A stretch of 64,000 nt of DNA from an uncultured Methylomirabilota bacterium (GCA_963705305.1 OY970067.1:416001-480000), one strand, 5' to 3'. Shown: positions 48,345-58,119, numbered from the stretch's first letter. A program made the numbers and translations. The notes: generated from the letters alone by a model not told the origin.

Positions 48345-49328
48345 TTAGCCCCCAATCCGAAGCTGGGCAGGGCTCCGGAAACTCCTCACCTCGCCCGCCT
48401 CGCCCTGGGTGGCAAATTTCACTCCTGTTGGATCGGCAATATATTTGAGAGGATTCACCGCGGCACCGTTGACCCGGACCTCATACAGGACGTGCGGCCC
48501 CGTCGCCAAGCCCGAGATCCCGATGGAGGCAATGATCTGGTCTCGCTTCACCAGTTGACCTTCCTTTACCCTGATGGTGTTCGTGTGCGCGTACAGGGTC
48601 GCCACCCCATGCCCGTGGTCGATGAGGACCATGTTGCCATAGTTGCCCCGAGGGCCGGCGAACACCACGACCCCGTCGGCCGTGGCCAGGATAGGGGTGC
48701 CCATGGGGGCGGCGATGTCCACCCCTTCGTGCATCTCCGGCTGCCCCGTGAATGGCGACGCCCGGTAGCCGTATCCGGACGTCATCACCCCCCGGACCGG
48801 CCAGATGCTCGGCATTGAGGCCAGCAGCGATCGCTTCGTCTCGAGGAGATCCTCCAGCTCGCGGAAGCTCTTCTCGCGCGAGCTGATCTCGTCCCCCAGG
48901 GTCTCCATATCCGGCCCCATCCGGCCGGCCAGGTGGCCGGTGCCCTTGTGCCTGGCCTCCCGGAGCGCGGCTTGGCTGGATATTTCGGATCCGCCTTGGG
49001 CCAGTCCGGTTCCCCGGTCGCCTCTGGCCTCCAGACCGATCATTACGCGCAGGTTCCGATCCAGGTCGCGCAGTCGCGCCAGTTCGTCTTCGAGTTGGCT
49101 CACCTTGGCGGCCACGATGTTCCGGCTCCTGACCTGCTGGCGGAGTTGCTGCAGCTCCGGCATGCGGAGATTTAGATGCGCGTACTGGTACAGGCAGAAA
49201 GCGAAGGCGAGAACAGAGACCGCAATCCCCGCCGACACTACCGCGACGATGGTACTGTTGATGTGGAATTTCCAAGCGGGTGAGGTCCCGTCGGGGAGTA
49301 TTAGGAGCGTGCAGAACCGCTTGGCCAT
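48345..49328 (-). CDS. M23 (LytM) family protein with degenerate active site
   Basis: TM, coiled coil, WPV.G..TS.YG.R, HEGVD, YAH; HxH motif reads HVL. Confidence 0.9.
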   Translation of the reverse strand: MAKRFCTLLILPDGTSPAWKFHINSTIVAVVSAGIAVSVLAFAFCLYQYAHLNLRMPELQQLRQQVRSRNIVAAKVSQLEDELARLRDLDRNLRVMIGLEARGDRGTGLAQGGSEISSQAALREARHKGTGHLAGRMGPDMETLGDEISSREKSFRELEDLLETKRSLLASMPSIWPVRGVMTSGYGYRASPFTGQPEMHEGVDIAAPMGTPILATADGVVVFAGPRGNYGNMVLIDHGHGVATLYAHTNTIRVKEGQLVKRDQIIASIGISGLATGPHVLYEVRVNGAAVNPLKYIADPTGVKFATQGEAGEVRSFRSPAQLRIGG

Positions 49329-49978
49329 CCCCGCCCCCTGGCGCTCACAAACGGAGCCTCCCAGGAATTCAAATCCCCCTGGCAGTGGACACGGCGGGTT
49401 CCCGAATAGAAAACGCCTGAGGCACGCTGAAACGGCGAACCTGCCATGGAGTGGTCGGAGATTTTCGCTGTAAGCAGGCGGAACCTATCACGGGTGCGAA
49501 AAGCCTGTCAAGAGAAGGTGCCTTGTTAAACAGCCTGAAGATTATCTGTCCGCCGGGCTGATCAGAACAGCCTATCGACTCAAACATCCATTGCGCAATT
49601 AGGGTCCCGAGAGACCGGACCGCACATTGACCAAGAGTCCCCTCCTCGCCGGAGATACCTGGGCATCTGGTTCGTCGGGCGAAAGCCGGGGGGGGGAAGC
49701 CGATACCACCTATCTCGGGCTTTTCATCGCGACCGCGTTGCCCTCCTCCCGCCCGGTCGGAAAACCTTTCACGGGGCAATCACGCCCTGAAGAGATCTGT
49801 GACCAGGGGGAAGATATGCCGATATTTATCCGAATCCGATGGCGAAATGAGAGTCTTCGGCGATTCGATATCACGCGGGCTTACGCCCTCCCCGTTGAGG
49901 CACCGTAGCTGGCGGTCCTCGGGTGCGCCTCCCTCCAGATCAAGCACCCGGGTCCCCCACTCCTACAAATCCAGCGTG

Positions 49979-51649
49979 TCAGCAAGGTGGTGGAATTCCT
50001 CGCGGGGATGGAGGTGAAACTTGCTGGGGTGCTGGGATCACGGCCGGCGGCGGGAACTGGTGAACACTCGGCCGTGGATCCGCAAAGAGTAGCCGAGGTC
50101 CAGATTCCACCTCAGGGGAGCTGAGCTGGTGGTGCCTCGCGACGTTGGGGACTGGCGTCATGGGTGGGCGGATCAGGCGGTCAGTTTTTCTCGGCTCGTA
50201 GTGTCCGGTGCGGAGCAGGCTTCCAAGCACACGCCACGCACCCCGGCTGGCCAGCAGCCAGTACCGGTGGCAGCGGAAAATGCCGAGGAACCTCTCCGTG
50301 CACCCCACGCGGCGAAGGTCCACCGCATGCGGAAAACAAGGAAGGAGGTCCTGAAGCGCAGCGTGCGTGCTGACCCCGCCGACCCAGATGCTCAGGAAGA
50401 GCGAGAGGGTCGGCAGAGCGATTGAAAACACAAATAGGGTCCGGGCCTCCGGGTAGAAACGCCACAGTTGTCCGCAGAGCAGACCTGCCACCGGGTAGAG
50501 GAGGGCGGCGACGGGCCACTCGACGGCCTTGCTGCCCGCATGGCGGATGAGCTGGGCCAGATTGAAGGGGGACGGGTCCTTCTGCCAGGCACGCCAGAGG
50601 TGGACGGTGTCATCGAGCACGCCTTTGTACCACCGCGCATTCTGCTGGATCACCTTCTCAGAGGTCTCGGGGAGCTCGCAGAGCTCGACCATTGGCATCG
50701 GTTGGATCAGGATGCCATGGAGGCCCAAGGCGTACCCCAGCGTGGAGTCCTCGGTTGCCCCAGCCACCGGGAATCCGCCCACCAATTGCAGGGTATCGAG
50801 TCGCACAAACTGGTTGTGCCCGAGGAGAATGTGTGAGCGGCGGAGAAGCGCGTCGAACACCGGTCGCAGCACCGAACCGGCTCCCGGAGAACATGCACAG
50901 AGCCGGGAGAGGAGGCGCATCCGCGCCAACTCGCTCAGGAGGCGGGGGATGGAAATGCGGAGGAAGACCGACGACTGCTGGATGGCCGAGATCTTTCCGA
51001 GGCGGTCAAGCGTCGCGTAATTCGCCAAGGAAAGGGTGACCCCCTGATACGCGCACATGCCCTGTCCGGCCAGCTCCCGATGAGCGATCCACCGGAAAGT
51101 GTCGGGGTGGGGCTGGGAATCGGCGTCGCTCACGCCGACGAAGACGCATGCCGGATCCACACCGTCGCCGAGGATCTCGCGGAGCGCCTCGGGACGAAGC
51201 GCCCAGTTGAGTTGATGCGGCTTTCGACCGGGCCCAGGCATGGTGAGGATGTGCACCTGCTCTCGCTGGGAACGCGGGAGGGTGCCTCTCAGCCGGCGAA
51301 CCAGTTCGGCGGTGCTCACCCCCATGGAGGGATGAGGGGTCCGCTCCTCATCCTCCTTGGTGATCACCACGACGCGGAGCTTCGTCCCTGGATACCGGGA
51401 GGCGAGCAGGGCCTTCACGGTCCCTGCGATTTCGGGCTCCTGGTAGGCCGCGACAAGGTGCAGGAATACGGGGGCACGAGGGTGCCGATCGAGGTCGCCC
51501 TCGCTCGGTAACTCGCCAAGCCGCCTGCAAGATTCCCGTACGAAGCTGACAGCGGATCGCATGCGTATCCAGTCGGCCAAGAGCTTCCCGATCGCCCGGA
51601 TGCTGATGCACAGCAAGAACCAGACGAGGAAGAACGCAAGGCTTTCCAT
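49979..51649 (-). CDS. Membrane-bound processive glycosyltransferase family 2
   Basis: AYQE, K..QLN, DADS, TED and QNARW (QxxRW). Confidence 0.85.
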   Translation of the reverse strand: MESLAFFLVWFLLCISIRAIGKLLADWIRMRSAVSFVRESCRRLGELPSEGDLDRHPRAPVFLHLVAAYQEPEIAGTVKALLASRYPGTKLRVVVITKEDEERTPHPSMGVSTAELVRRLRGTLPRSQREQVHILTMPGPGRKPHQLNWALRPEALREILGDGVDPACVFVGVSDADSQPHPDTFRWIAHRELAGQGMCAYQGVTLSLANYATLDRLGKISAIQQSSVFLRISIPRLLSELARMRLLSRLCACSPGAGSVLRPVFDALLRRSHILLGHNQFVRLDTLQLVGGFPVAGATEDSTLGYALGLHGILIQPMPMVELCELPETSEKVIQQNARWYKGVLDDTVHLWRAWQKDPSPFNLAQLIRHAGSKAVEWPVAALLYPVAGLLCGQLWRFYPEARTLFVFSIALPTLSLFLSIWVGGVSTHAALQDLLPCFPHAVDLRRVGCTERFLGIFRCHRYWLLASRGAWRVLGSLLRTGHYEPRKTDRLIRPPMTPVPNVARHHQLSSPEVESGPRLLFADPRPSVHQFPPPAVIPAPQQVSPPSPRGIPPPC

Positions 51650-51839
51650 CGGTGTCCCCTGCATTCACTGTCTCCCCGGGGTGAAGTTTAGCTTCCGACA
51701 ACGTCATCCTTGAGCGCGGCTCCTGCGGAGGAACCTCGCGCCGCCGCCGATTCGGGAGCTCCGGGACCTCCCGCGGGACCCGGAAGCCCCCCTCCAGGGG
51801 GGAACCTGGGAGGTCAACCGGCTCCACACGGGCCACAGT

Positions 51840-52553
51840 TCAGGACGCGGTCTCTCGCAGCGGCCGGTCGAGCGCAAGCCAGAGGATTGCCTGGTACCCG
51901 GAAAGCACCGCACAGGTGACCCATTCCCACACGGCAAAACTGAGGTACACTGGAACGCCCTGCGTGCGCCAGGCGAGACTCACCCAGTGCAGGTCCGGGA
52001 GCACGTAGAAGATGTACACTTGGGCGCAGCCGGCCAGGAGAATCGGGAGCACCGCCAGGCTGGTCAGGGCGATGCCGACCAGCCGATGCAGCCGGGCCCC
52101 GCCAGCGCCCGGACGCGGGACAGCCCGGCTGGCGAGTTGAGCGGTCAGGCCCATGATGCCCAGGCACACGCCGGCAAAGGCCAGGAGCGTGAGGAGCTCA
52201 TGTCCTTTGCGGAGCCCGGGCACCGGGCGAGGGAGCAGGCCAACCCACGCCATGCAGACGCTCCCTCCCCCGAGCGCCCAGAGTCCCCAGGGCCGGCGCT
52301 CCGCCGATCCCCGTCTCCAGCGCCGGGCCAGGGCGAGGGCCCAGCACCCACCGCAGCACCCGCTGACCACGAGCCCCCCGGCCCCCCACAGGTGCCCGGC
52401 CGGATTGCGGCTGGCCGAGAGGAGGGTGGACAGGGTCAGGTACCGCCAGTCGAATTCGCTGGGGTAGCCCCACCCCGCCATCCCGATGCCTCCCCAGAAA
52501 GCCAGAATCCCCAGCATTCCCGCCACGGACCCCCCTGCGCGCCCGAAACCCAT
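51840..52553 (-). CDS. Hypothetical multi-pass membrane protein (DUF998-like)
   Basis: About six TM helices; YP..FDW..LS.L...NP, H and WEW. Confidence 0.65.
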   Translation of the reverse strand: MGFGRAGGSVAGMLGILAFWGGIGMAGWGYPSEFDWRYLTLSTLLSASRNPAGHLWGAGGLVVSGCCGGCWALALARRWRRGSAERRPWGLWALGGGSVCMAWVGLLPRPVPGLRKGHELLTLLAFAGVCLGIMGLTAQLASRAVPRPGAGGARLHRLVGIALTSLAVLPILLAGCAQVYIFYVLPDLHWVSLAWRTQGVPVYLSFAVWEWVTCAVLSGYQAILWLALDRPLRETAS

Positions 52554-52870
52554 TATCCCCGTGCTCCCGGTCCTGCCTATCGCAACGCGACGACTCGAGC
52601 GTCCGCCGCCGTTGCCTCGGTAATGCCGGAGTCAGCCTCCCCGGCGATCAAGACCTCTCCCCCGCGACGGGACGAGCGGGCCCGCCGGGTACGTCGGGTT
52701 GAACTGAACCACTGGCCTACAGGCTATGCGAATTGTATCTGACCTCGGGGGTCGAGGGAAGGATCTTCTGACCCATTGATTAGGTACGGCTCATGGCGTA
52801 GAATCCGGCTCGAGCTCTGGGCGGCGGCGGCAGCTTTGCGGACCACATCACGGACGAAAGGAGTCGTGCC

Positions 52871-53506
52871 ATGCGACGACTGCTGGGAGTGGCAGGCGGA
52901 TGCGTTCTGGCCCTGACCGTGTGGACGCTGGCCGTGCAGGCGCAGCAGCCCCCGGCCCAGCAACCCGCCTACTGGTACTACTGCCCGAACCCCCCGGGCT
53001 ACTACCCCTACGTCAAGGAGTGCCCGCCAGGCTGGATGACCGTGGCCCCGTCCCCGGCCGGCCAGCCCGGAACCCCGGCAGCGCCGTCCGGCGCTTTCGC
53101 CTACCAGGTGCCGTTCCTCACCCTCGTCCTGTCCCACGGGCAGGAATTGGGGCTCACCCCGGACCAGCTCCAGAAGCTCCAGGAGCTGCGCACGGCCTTC
53201 GACAAGGAGGCGGTCGCCCGGGGCGCGCTCATCCGGGCGGCGCAGGGCGCCCTGAACGCCCTCCTCGAGCAGGACCAGTGGGATCTGCCGGCCATCGACG
53301 CCAAAGTGCATGAGGTCGCCACCCTGCAGGCGGACCAGCAGTTCGCGGCGATCAAGACGGTCGCGGCGGGGGAGGCGCTCCTCACGCCGGCGCAGTTGCA
53401 GAAACTGGACGCGATCGGGCAGTGGAGCCCGTCCCCGGGCGGCCCGGCGCCGGCGGGGCCCCGGCCACCGTCGAGCCCCGGCGGACCCCCGGCCCCGCAG
53501 GGGTAA
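52871..53506 (+). CDS. Exported Spy/CpxP-like (LTxxQ) protein with Cys/Tyr/Pro-rich N-domain
   Basis: Signal peptide, YWYYCPNPPGYYPYVKEC, LTPDQ and LTPAQ. Confidence 0.8.
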   Translation: MRRLLGVAGGCVLALTVWTLAVQAQQPPAQQPAYWYYCPNPPGYYPYVKECPPGWMTVAPSPAGQPGTPAAPSGAFAYQVPFLTLVLSHGQELGLTPDQLQKLQELRTAFDKEAVARGALIRAAQGALNALLEQDQWDLPAIDAKVHEVATLQADQQFAAIKTVAAGEALLTPAQLQKLDAIGQWSPSPGGPAPAGPRPPSSPGGPPAPQG

Positions 53507-53649
53507 TCCGAGGCTTCGACTCCTCCTGCGGAGGCGGGTCGCCTGCGGACGAGCGGCGCTGCGCCTACCCGCCGCTTCCCGAGAGGTGTCGGGCGGATTC
53601 CACCGGGCGCCTTCCCCGGAATCACGCGTAATGGGGGGACGGTCCCGGA

Positions 53650-53887
53650 TTACAGAGACGGCGGCACTCACCGAAATCGCGGAGCGGGGATTCGAGGCCA
53701 GAGGTGTGACCTTCCGACAGATCGAGGGAAAGCTCTGGGAGGTACGGATCGGCCCCCACCGGTTTTCTATGTGTTGCTCCGCCAGGAGGAGATGGTGCTG
53801 CTCCACGCCTATCGGAAACAGACCCAGAAAGCGCCGGCGCGGCAGCCAGAGATCGCGCGGCGCCGGATGCAGGAGGTGCTGCGATGA
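53650..53887 (+). pseudogene. RelE/ParE (HigB/Gp49-like) toxin, truncated and frameshifted
   Basis: IEGKLWEVRIGPHR then shift near 53762 into FYV..LLHAYRKQTQKAP..IARRR*. Confidence 0.8.
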
Positions 53888-54207
53888 AGGGAAGGCGTCA
53901 GGCAGGGACAGATGACGTGCTGGCGCATCTCGCCGCGCTCCGGACCGGCATGACCGCCAAGGAGCGTGCGTCCTACGATGAGCGGGTCCTGGCCATTCGC
54001 ACCGTGCTGGAACTGGTCGAGCTGCGACAGAAGCGCCGCGTCTCCCAGCGGACGCTCGCCGAGCGCATGGGGGTCAGCCAGCCGGTGATCGCCCGGCTGG
54101 AGAAACCGCTCGAGCCGACGTGGCGGCAGCCGTCCCTGTGCGTGCTCCCGCGACATGCCGCCGCTCTCGGTTTGGTCCTGGAGGTGCGTCTCCGCCCCGC
54201 GGCCTGA
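53884..54207 (+). CDS. XRE-family HTH antitoxin (HigA-like)
   Basis: SQRTLAERMGVSQPVIARLE; ATGA overlap with toxin. Confidence 0.82.
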   Translation: MKGRRQAGTDDVLAHLAALRTGMTAKERASYDERVLAIRTVLELVELRQKRRVSQRTLAERMGVSQPVIARLEKPLEPTWRQPSLCVLPRHAAALGLVLEVRLRPAA

Positions 54208-54590
54208 TCCGATCGCTCGGCGCCCGACGTTCCTCGCCATGGCGTCCATCCCCCATGCGGTCAGTCCACTCAGCGCACAACGCAATCCGCCCGGTCCGAC
54301 GAGGGGAACTCGCCTCGGAGCACGCATCCGGATACCGGAAACACAACGACCCGGATTGCCAGGATGGATCGGGCGAGGCCGTTGCTCTGGAGGATTCCGA
54401 GACCTTCTTTTGCACTGATCGGGGAACGCAGGGCACGCAGCGCCCGGGGTCATGGCAGGGTCAGCTGAGGCTATGTGAATATTGCAGGGCGTCCCGCGGT
54501 AGATCGGAAGTACCGGACCTGCGCCGCCTCTGACAAGTTGTTTTAGAACCTACGTCCCGGATTATAATTGGACCTTCAACCTTGCATCGT

Positions 54591-55772
54591 ATGTCAAGCG
54601 AGAACGCCCAGCCGTTTCCGCTCTTTCCCATTCTATTCGTCACGACAATATTCTATTTGACTTTTGTCTCCCGGATCATCATGGGTCCCCTTTTGCCGGT
54701 GATCGAGAAGGAAATGGCCTGGGGCCACGGACAGGCCGGCTCGATTTTCCTTTACATAGCCGTAGGCTATGGCCTCGGGCTTCTCTTTGCCGGTTCTGTC
54801 TCCTCCCGTCTCAATCATCACCGCACCCTCGCCCTGTCGAGCGCTCTCGTGGGGGCATCCTTGATTGCCCTCGCTCTCTCCAGCACAGTCATTGCGATGC
54901 GCCTGGAACTGATGCTCCTGGGACTCCCGGCCGGATTCTATCTTCCCTCCGGGGTTGCCGCTTTGACGGATTTAGCCTCCCAGGAACGCTGGGGGAAAAC
55001 CATGTCCATCCATGAGCTGGGCCCGAATTTGGGCTACATCACCGCTCCCCTGATTGCCGAAGGATTGATACGGCTCTTCCCCTGGCGGGGGGCTCTTGCG
55101 GCCCTGGGTGTCCTGTCGGTATTCACGGGACTCCTGTTCTTGCTCCTGGGCCGGGGTGGAGAAGGCAGAGGAGAGCCTCCTCGCTGGGAAACGATGCAGG
55201 GAATTCTCAGAACTCCGACCCTCTGGGTTCTGATCGCGTTCTTCACCATCTCGATCGGAGCCAGTGTCGGCGTGTATTCCATGATGCCACTTTTCCTAGT
55301 GAGCGAGGTCGGACTCGAACGACGATGGGCCAATACCCTCATCGCCATCTCGCGCATTTCTGCTACCATCCTCCTTTTTGGGGCCGGCCTGTTGACAGAC
55401 CGCTTTGGCCCGAAGAAAGCGATGACCTTTTATTTGAGCATGACCGGCCTCTTAACCCTCGCCCTCGGATTCTTTCATGACTCGACATGGATCATCCCCA
55501 TGTTCTTTCTTCAGACCACGGCCGGGGCCTCTCTATTTCCCATCGGCTACACGATCCTTTCCCTCACTTTCCCTAACCCCCGGCGTAGCTCCGCCGTCTC
55601 GCTCAGCTTCTTCTTTGCCTTTCTCATGGGTGGAGGCCTTACGCCTACTGCCATCGGCTATTGGGCGGAGGCTTTTTCTTTCTCCTCGGCATTGATGCTT
55701 CTCGGAATCTTCTTCTTAGGATTGCTCCCCCTTTTCCTTCGTATGGGAAGCAAAATAAATTTTTCAAGATAA
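54591..55772 (+). CDS. MFS transporter
   Basis: About 12 TM helices; G.LTDRFGPK motif A. Confidence 0.9.
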   Translation: MSSENAQPFPLFPILFVTTIFYLTFVSRIIMGPLLPVIEKEMAWGHGQAGSIFLYIAVGYGLGLLFAGSVSSRLNHHRTLALSSALVGASLIALALSSTVIAMRLELMLLGLPAGFYLPSGVAALTDLASQERWGKTMSIHELGPNLGYITAPLIAEGLIRLFPWRGALAALGVLSVFTGLLFLLLGRGGEGRGEPPRWETMQGILRTPTLWVLIAFFTISIGASVGVYSMMPLFLVSEVGLERRWANTLIAISRISATILLFGAGLLTDRFGPKKAMTFYLSMTGLLTLALGFFHDSTWIIPMFFLQTTAGASLFPIGYTILSLTFPNPRRSSAVSLSFFFAFLMGGGLTPTAIGYWAEAFSFSSALMLLGIFFLGLLPLFLRMGSKINFSR

Positions 55773-55862
55773 TGGTTGCGCTCGTTGGGCCGCGCTACGT
55801 CGATTGGATTACGTACGTCCTCTTGAGCCTGTCGTGCCAGCCTCAATTGGCTCATAAACAAC

Positions 55863-55929
55863 CCGTAACGGCTAGGACAACGCGCGGGTTGCCGCGAGGC
55901 CAACCGGCGCGTTGAGTCGTTTGTTATGC
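55863..55929 (-). mobile_element. Integron attC-like recombination site
   Basis: Minus strand GCATAAC-AAACG-ACTCAACG..hairpin..CGTTGTC-CTAGCC-GTTACGG, just after the tauE stop. Confidence 0.72.
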
Positions 55930-55941
55930 GGCTCCCGCGAT

Positions 55942-56682
55942 CTAAATGGCGAGCAAGAGCTTCAAACCCAACAGCCCGCCCAGACTGACAAAGAGATACT
56001 TTATGAATCTAGCTCCTTTCCGTCGACCAACGAGCGAACCAAGGTATGCGCCCGCCACACCACCGAGAGTGGAGGGAACGATTAGTCCGATGTCCCCAAA
56101 CCCCCAATGCAAGAAGAGAACGGCAGAGAAAAGGCACCAGACAAAGGAAATGCAATAGTAGTAACCAAGCGCCAACGCGAGGTCGAATCCCCGGGTTTTG
56201 GCGAGCAGAGAAGAGGTAAAGATGCCATTGCCCGAGCCAAAAAAAGCCTCGTAAAAACCGAGGGGAATGGCAAGCAAAGAAGCGAGTACACGGGATGCTG
56301 CAGGGGCCTTCACTTCAACTCCAAATTCCTTGTGAATGAGCGCAAACGCAACGAGGCAGAGAATAACCCCGCCGATAATTCGCTGCAGAAGCTGCGACTC
56401 AACGCTGACGAAGAGAATGCTTCCAAGATAAGCACTTAAAAGCCCACAGACGGCCAAACCGGCAAGAAGTCTCCAATCAACGTCCCGAGATCGCAAATAA
56501 TTCCACGCGGCTATTGGCGTCCAAACGGCACCATTCACCTTGTTGGCAGCCTGCGCGGCTGGAAGCGAATAGCCCAGCATGAGCCATACCGGAACTGTAA
56601 TGAGTGCGGATCCCGCACCACTCATTGAGCTTAGCAGCGTCGCGGTGAAAGAGATTGCCAGAATTAAAAGAGATGTAATCAA
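55942..56682 (-). CDS. TauE/SafE (TSUP) family exporter
   Basis: S.SGAGS.LI..P, A.A.NK and GFYEAFFGSGNG; lower GC. Confidence 0.88.
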   Translation of the reverse strand: MITSLLILAISFTATLLSSMSGAGSALITVPVWLMLGYSLPAAQAANKVNGAVWTPIAAWNYLRSRDVDWRLLAGLAVCGLLSAYLGSILFVSVESQLLQRIIGGVILCLVAFALIHKEFGVEVKAPAASRVLASLLAIPLGFYEAFFGSGNGIFTSSLLAKTRGFDLALALGYYYCISFVWCLFSAVLFLHWGFGDIGLIVPSTLGGVAGAYLGSLVGRRKGARFIKYLFVSLGGLLGLKLLLAI

Positions 56683-56902
56683 AGAAGATTCCCGGGCGGC
56701 ACTTCAATATTTGTCGGACTACATATCTTGCATCGGATCAGCACTAGCCCTTGCCTCCTGGCCTTATTCTGGCCCTGGCAAATCATGGAGATATAGAATG
56801 GGACGGAATAACACCCCCTGGATTGCCGGAGAGAAGTCAGGGGAACCGTCGGTGGCAGCATATCGCCGATCGCACGGGGGTTTTTGACCCAAAACCCAAG
56901 AA

Positions 56903-56983
56903 CTGGTCCAGGTGAAAGTTGAGGATTTCGGCCTCTGAGGTGCCCCCGGAAGCTGGTCCAAAAAAAGTTGAATTTTCGGCCTC
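56903..56983. repeat. Imperfect direct repeat CTGGTCCA..AAAGTTGA..TTCGGCCTC x2
   Basis: Copies at 56903-56935 and 56953-56983. Confidence 0.7.
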
Positions 56984-57189
56984 CGTGGTTCGAATTAGCC
57001 CGAGTTCTCGGGCATTTAGGGGTCTGTTGATACCCACGTGAGTGCCTCAACCAACAGGCGCGAGTCCGGCCCACGGGGATCGGGTTCCGGCGGCCCCATT
57101 GTAATGGAGCCGCTGCCCGAGGTCCACGGCTATTGGTGGAAGGGGCAGTTAAACGGCGGGGCGGCCCTGGAGGGCGCGCAAAAATACCT

Positions 57190-57246
57190 TGGGTGCCGGG
57201 GGAGGGAATCGAGCCCTCATGAGGTTGCCCTCGCGGGATTTTGAGT
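57190..57246 (-). mobile_element. 3' half of tRNA-Leu(CAA): att scar of an integrative element
   Basis: ACTCAAAATCCCG-CGAGGGCAACCTCA-TGAGGGCTCGATTCCCTC-CCCCGGCACCCA; no D arm or 5' acceptor strand. Confidence 0.85.
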
Positions 57247-57363
57247 TCTCTACGCCCGGTTTCGCCTCACCTCGTTTGGGGCCTGATTCTAACGAATTCA
57301 CGCTGTTAGCGGAAGGACGCTCAAGGGTGAAAACCCATGTTCACCGATGGTGACCGATCGTTC

Positions 57364-57383
57364 TGACACAGTTTTGACACAGT
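57364..57383. repeat. TGACACAGT x2, possible integrase arm-type sites
   Basis: Exact 9-mers, 11-bp period, about 120 bp from the tRNA fragment. Confidence 0.55.
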
Positions 57384-57440
57384 CGGACGACCATGCGCTC
57401 GGGCGGGTCACGCGGCTTTTACCCATACCAGCCCCGTCGG

Positions 57441-57779
57441 TCATCGTGGTGGATCTTCAGCGAGGCCCGATAGCTCGAGGACCCGATCGGACATCTGCCT
57501 CGCGCGGAAGGCAAACAAGCTCCGAGCCGCCTCCACCGGCCAGATCCGGTGCCAGCGACACAGCTTCCGGTGGATGTTCACCAGGTCCTCGGTGGCACTC
57601 TCTCCTGCCCATTCGATCATCGAGGCCGTCTCCTGGAGCAATCCCACTACGGTTTCAGGATCCCGGCCCATCTGGAGCCAGTGGCTCATCCGCAGAAGAT
57701 TCGACGCAATGTTGCCCAGCCGGCGGTCGCGTCCATCCCGCAGAAACCGCTCCCGAAGAGCCGAGACATCTCTCGTCAA
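57441..57779 (-). CDS. Helical hypothetical protein coupled to DUF5674 gene
   Basis: TTG start overlaps upstream TGA; RLGNIASNL.R and E...IEW. Confidence 0.7.
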   Translation of the reverse strand: MTRDVSALRERFLRDGRDRRLGNIASNLLRMSHWLQMGRDPETVVGLLQETASMIEWAGESATEDLVNIHRKLCRWHRIWPVEAARSLFAFRARQMSDRVLELSGLAEDPPR

Positions 57780-58119
57780 CGCGCTGTCCCCTCAAACACG
57801 GCCCGCACGACGCGCTCGATCCTTGCCCGCAGGGCCGGATCCTGAACCTCCATCGACCGTTGCCCTGCCGAGGCCGGATGTTGACCAAGGCACCGAAAGT
57901 CACGGTTCGACTCTCCGGGTACCAATCGGCCCCCCAGATGTCCTCCTGCTGGCTCCCCCGCTCGATGAGGACTTCCTCGCAGTCCGCGTGATACTCGCCG
58001 CCACCGACCACGACCGCCTGCGGCACATCGACCGCCAGCTTGATATAGCTTCCTTGGGCCTCGAGCATCTCCTGCAATTGATCGCGCGTCGGCGTTTGGC
58101 GGAGCAGGTGAAGCCTCAT
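57776..58119 (-). CDS. DUF5674 family protein with 1-bp deletion near 57858
   Basis: IKLAVDV..GGEYHADCE..L..GS.QEDIWGA..NIRP.QGN, continuing in another frame SMEVQDP.LR..IE. Confidence 0.8.

Noticed and set aside
54300..54420. Possible second, very decayed RAYT fragment
   Set aside because: Similarity too weak to support.
57190..57246. Functional tRNA gene
   Set aside because: 5' half missing and T-loop altered (CTCGA); treated as an att scar.
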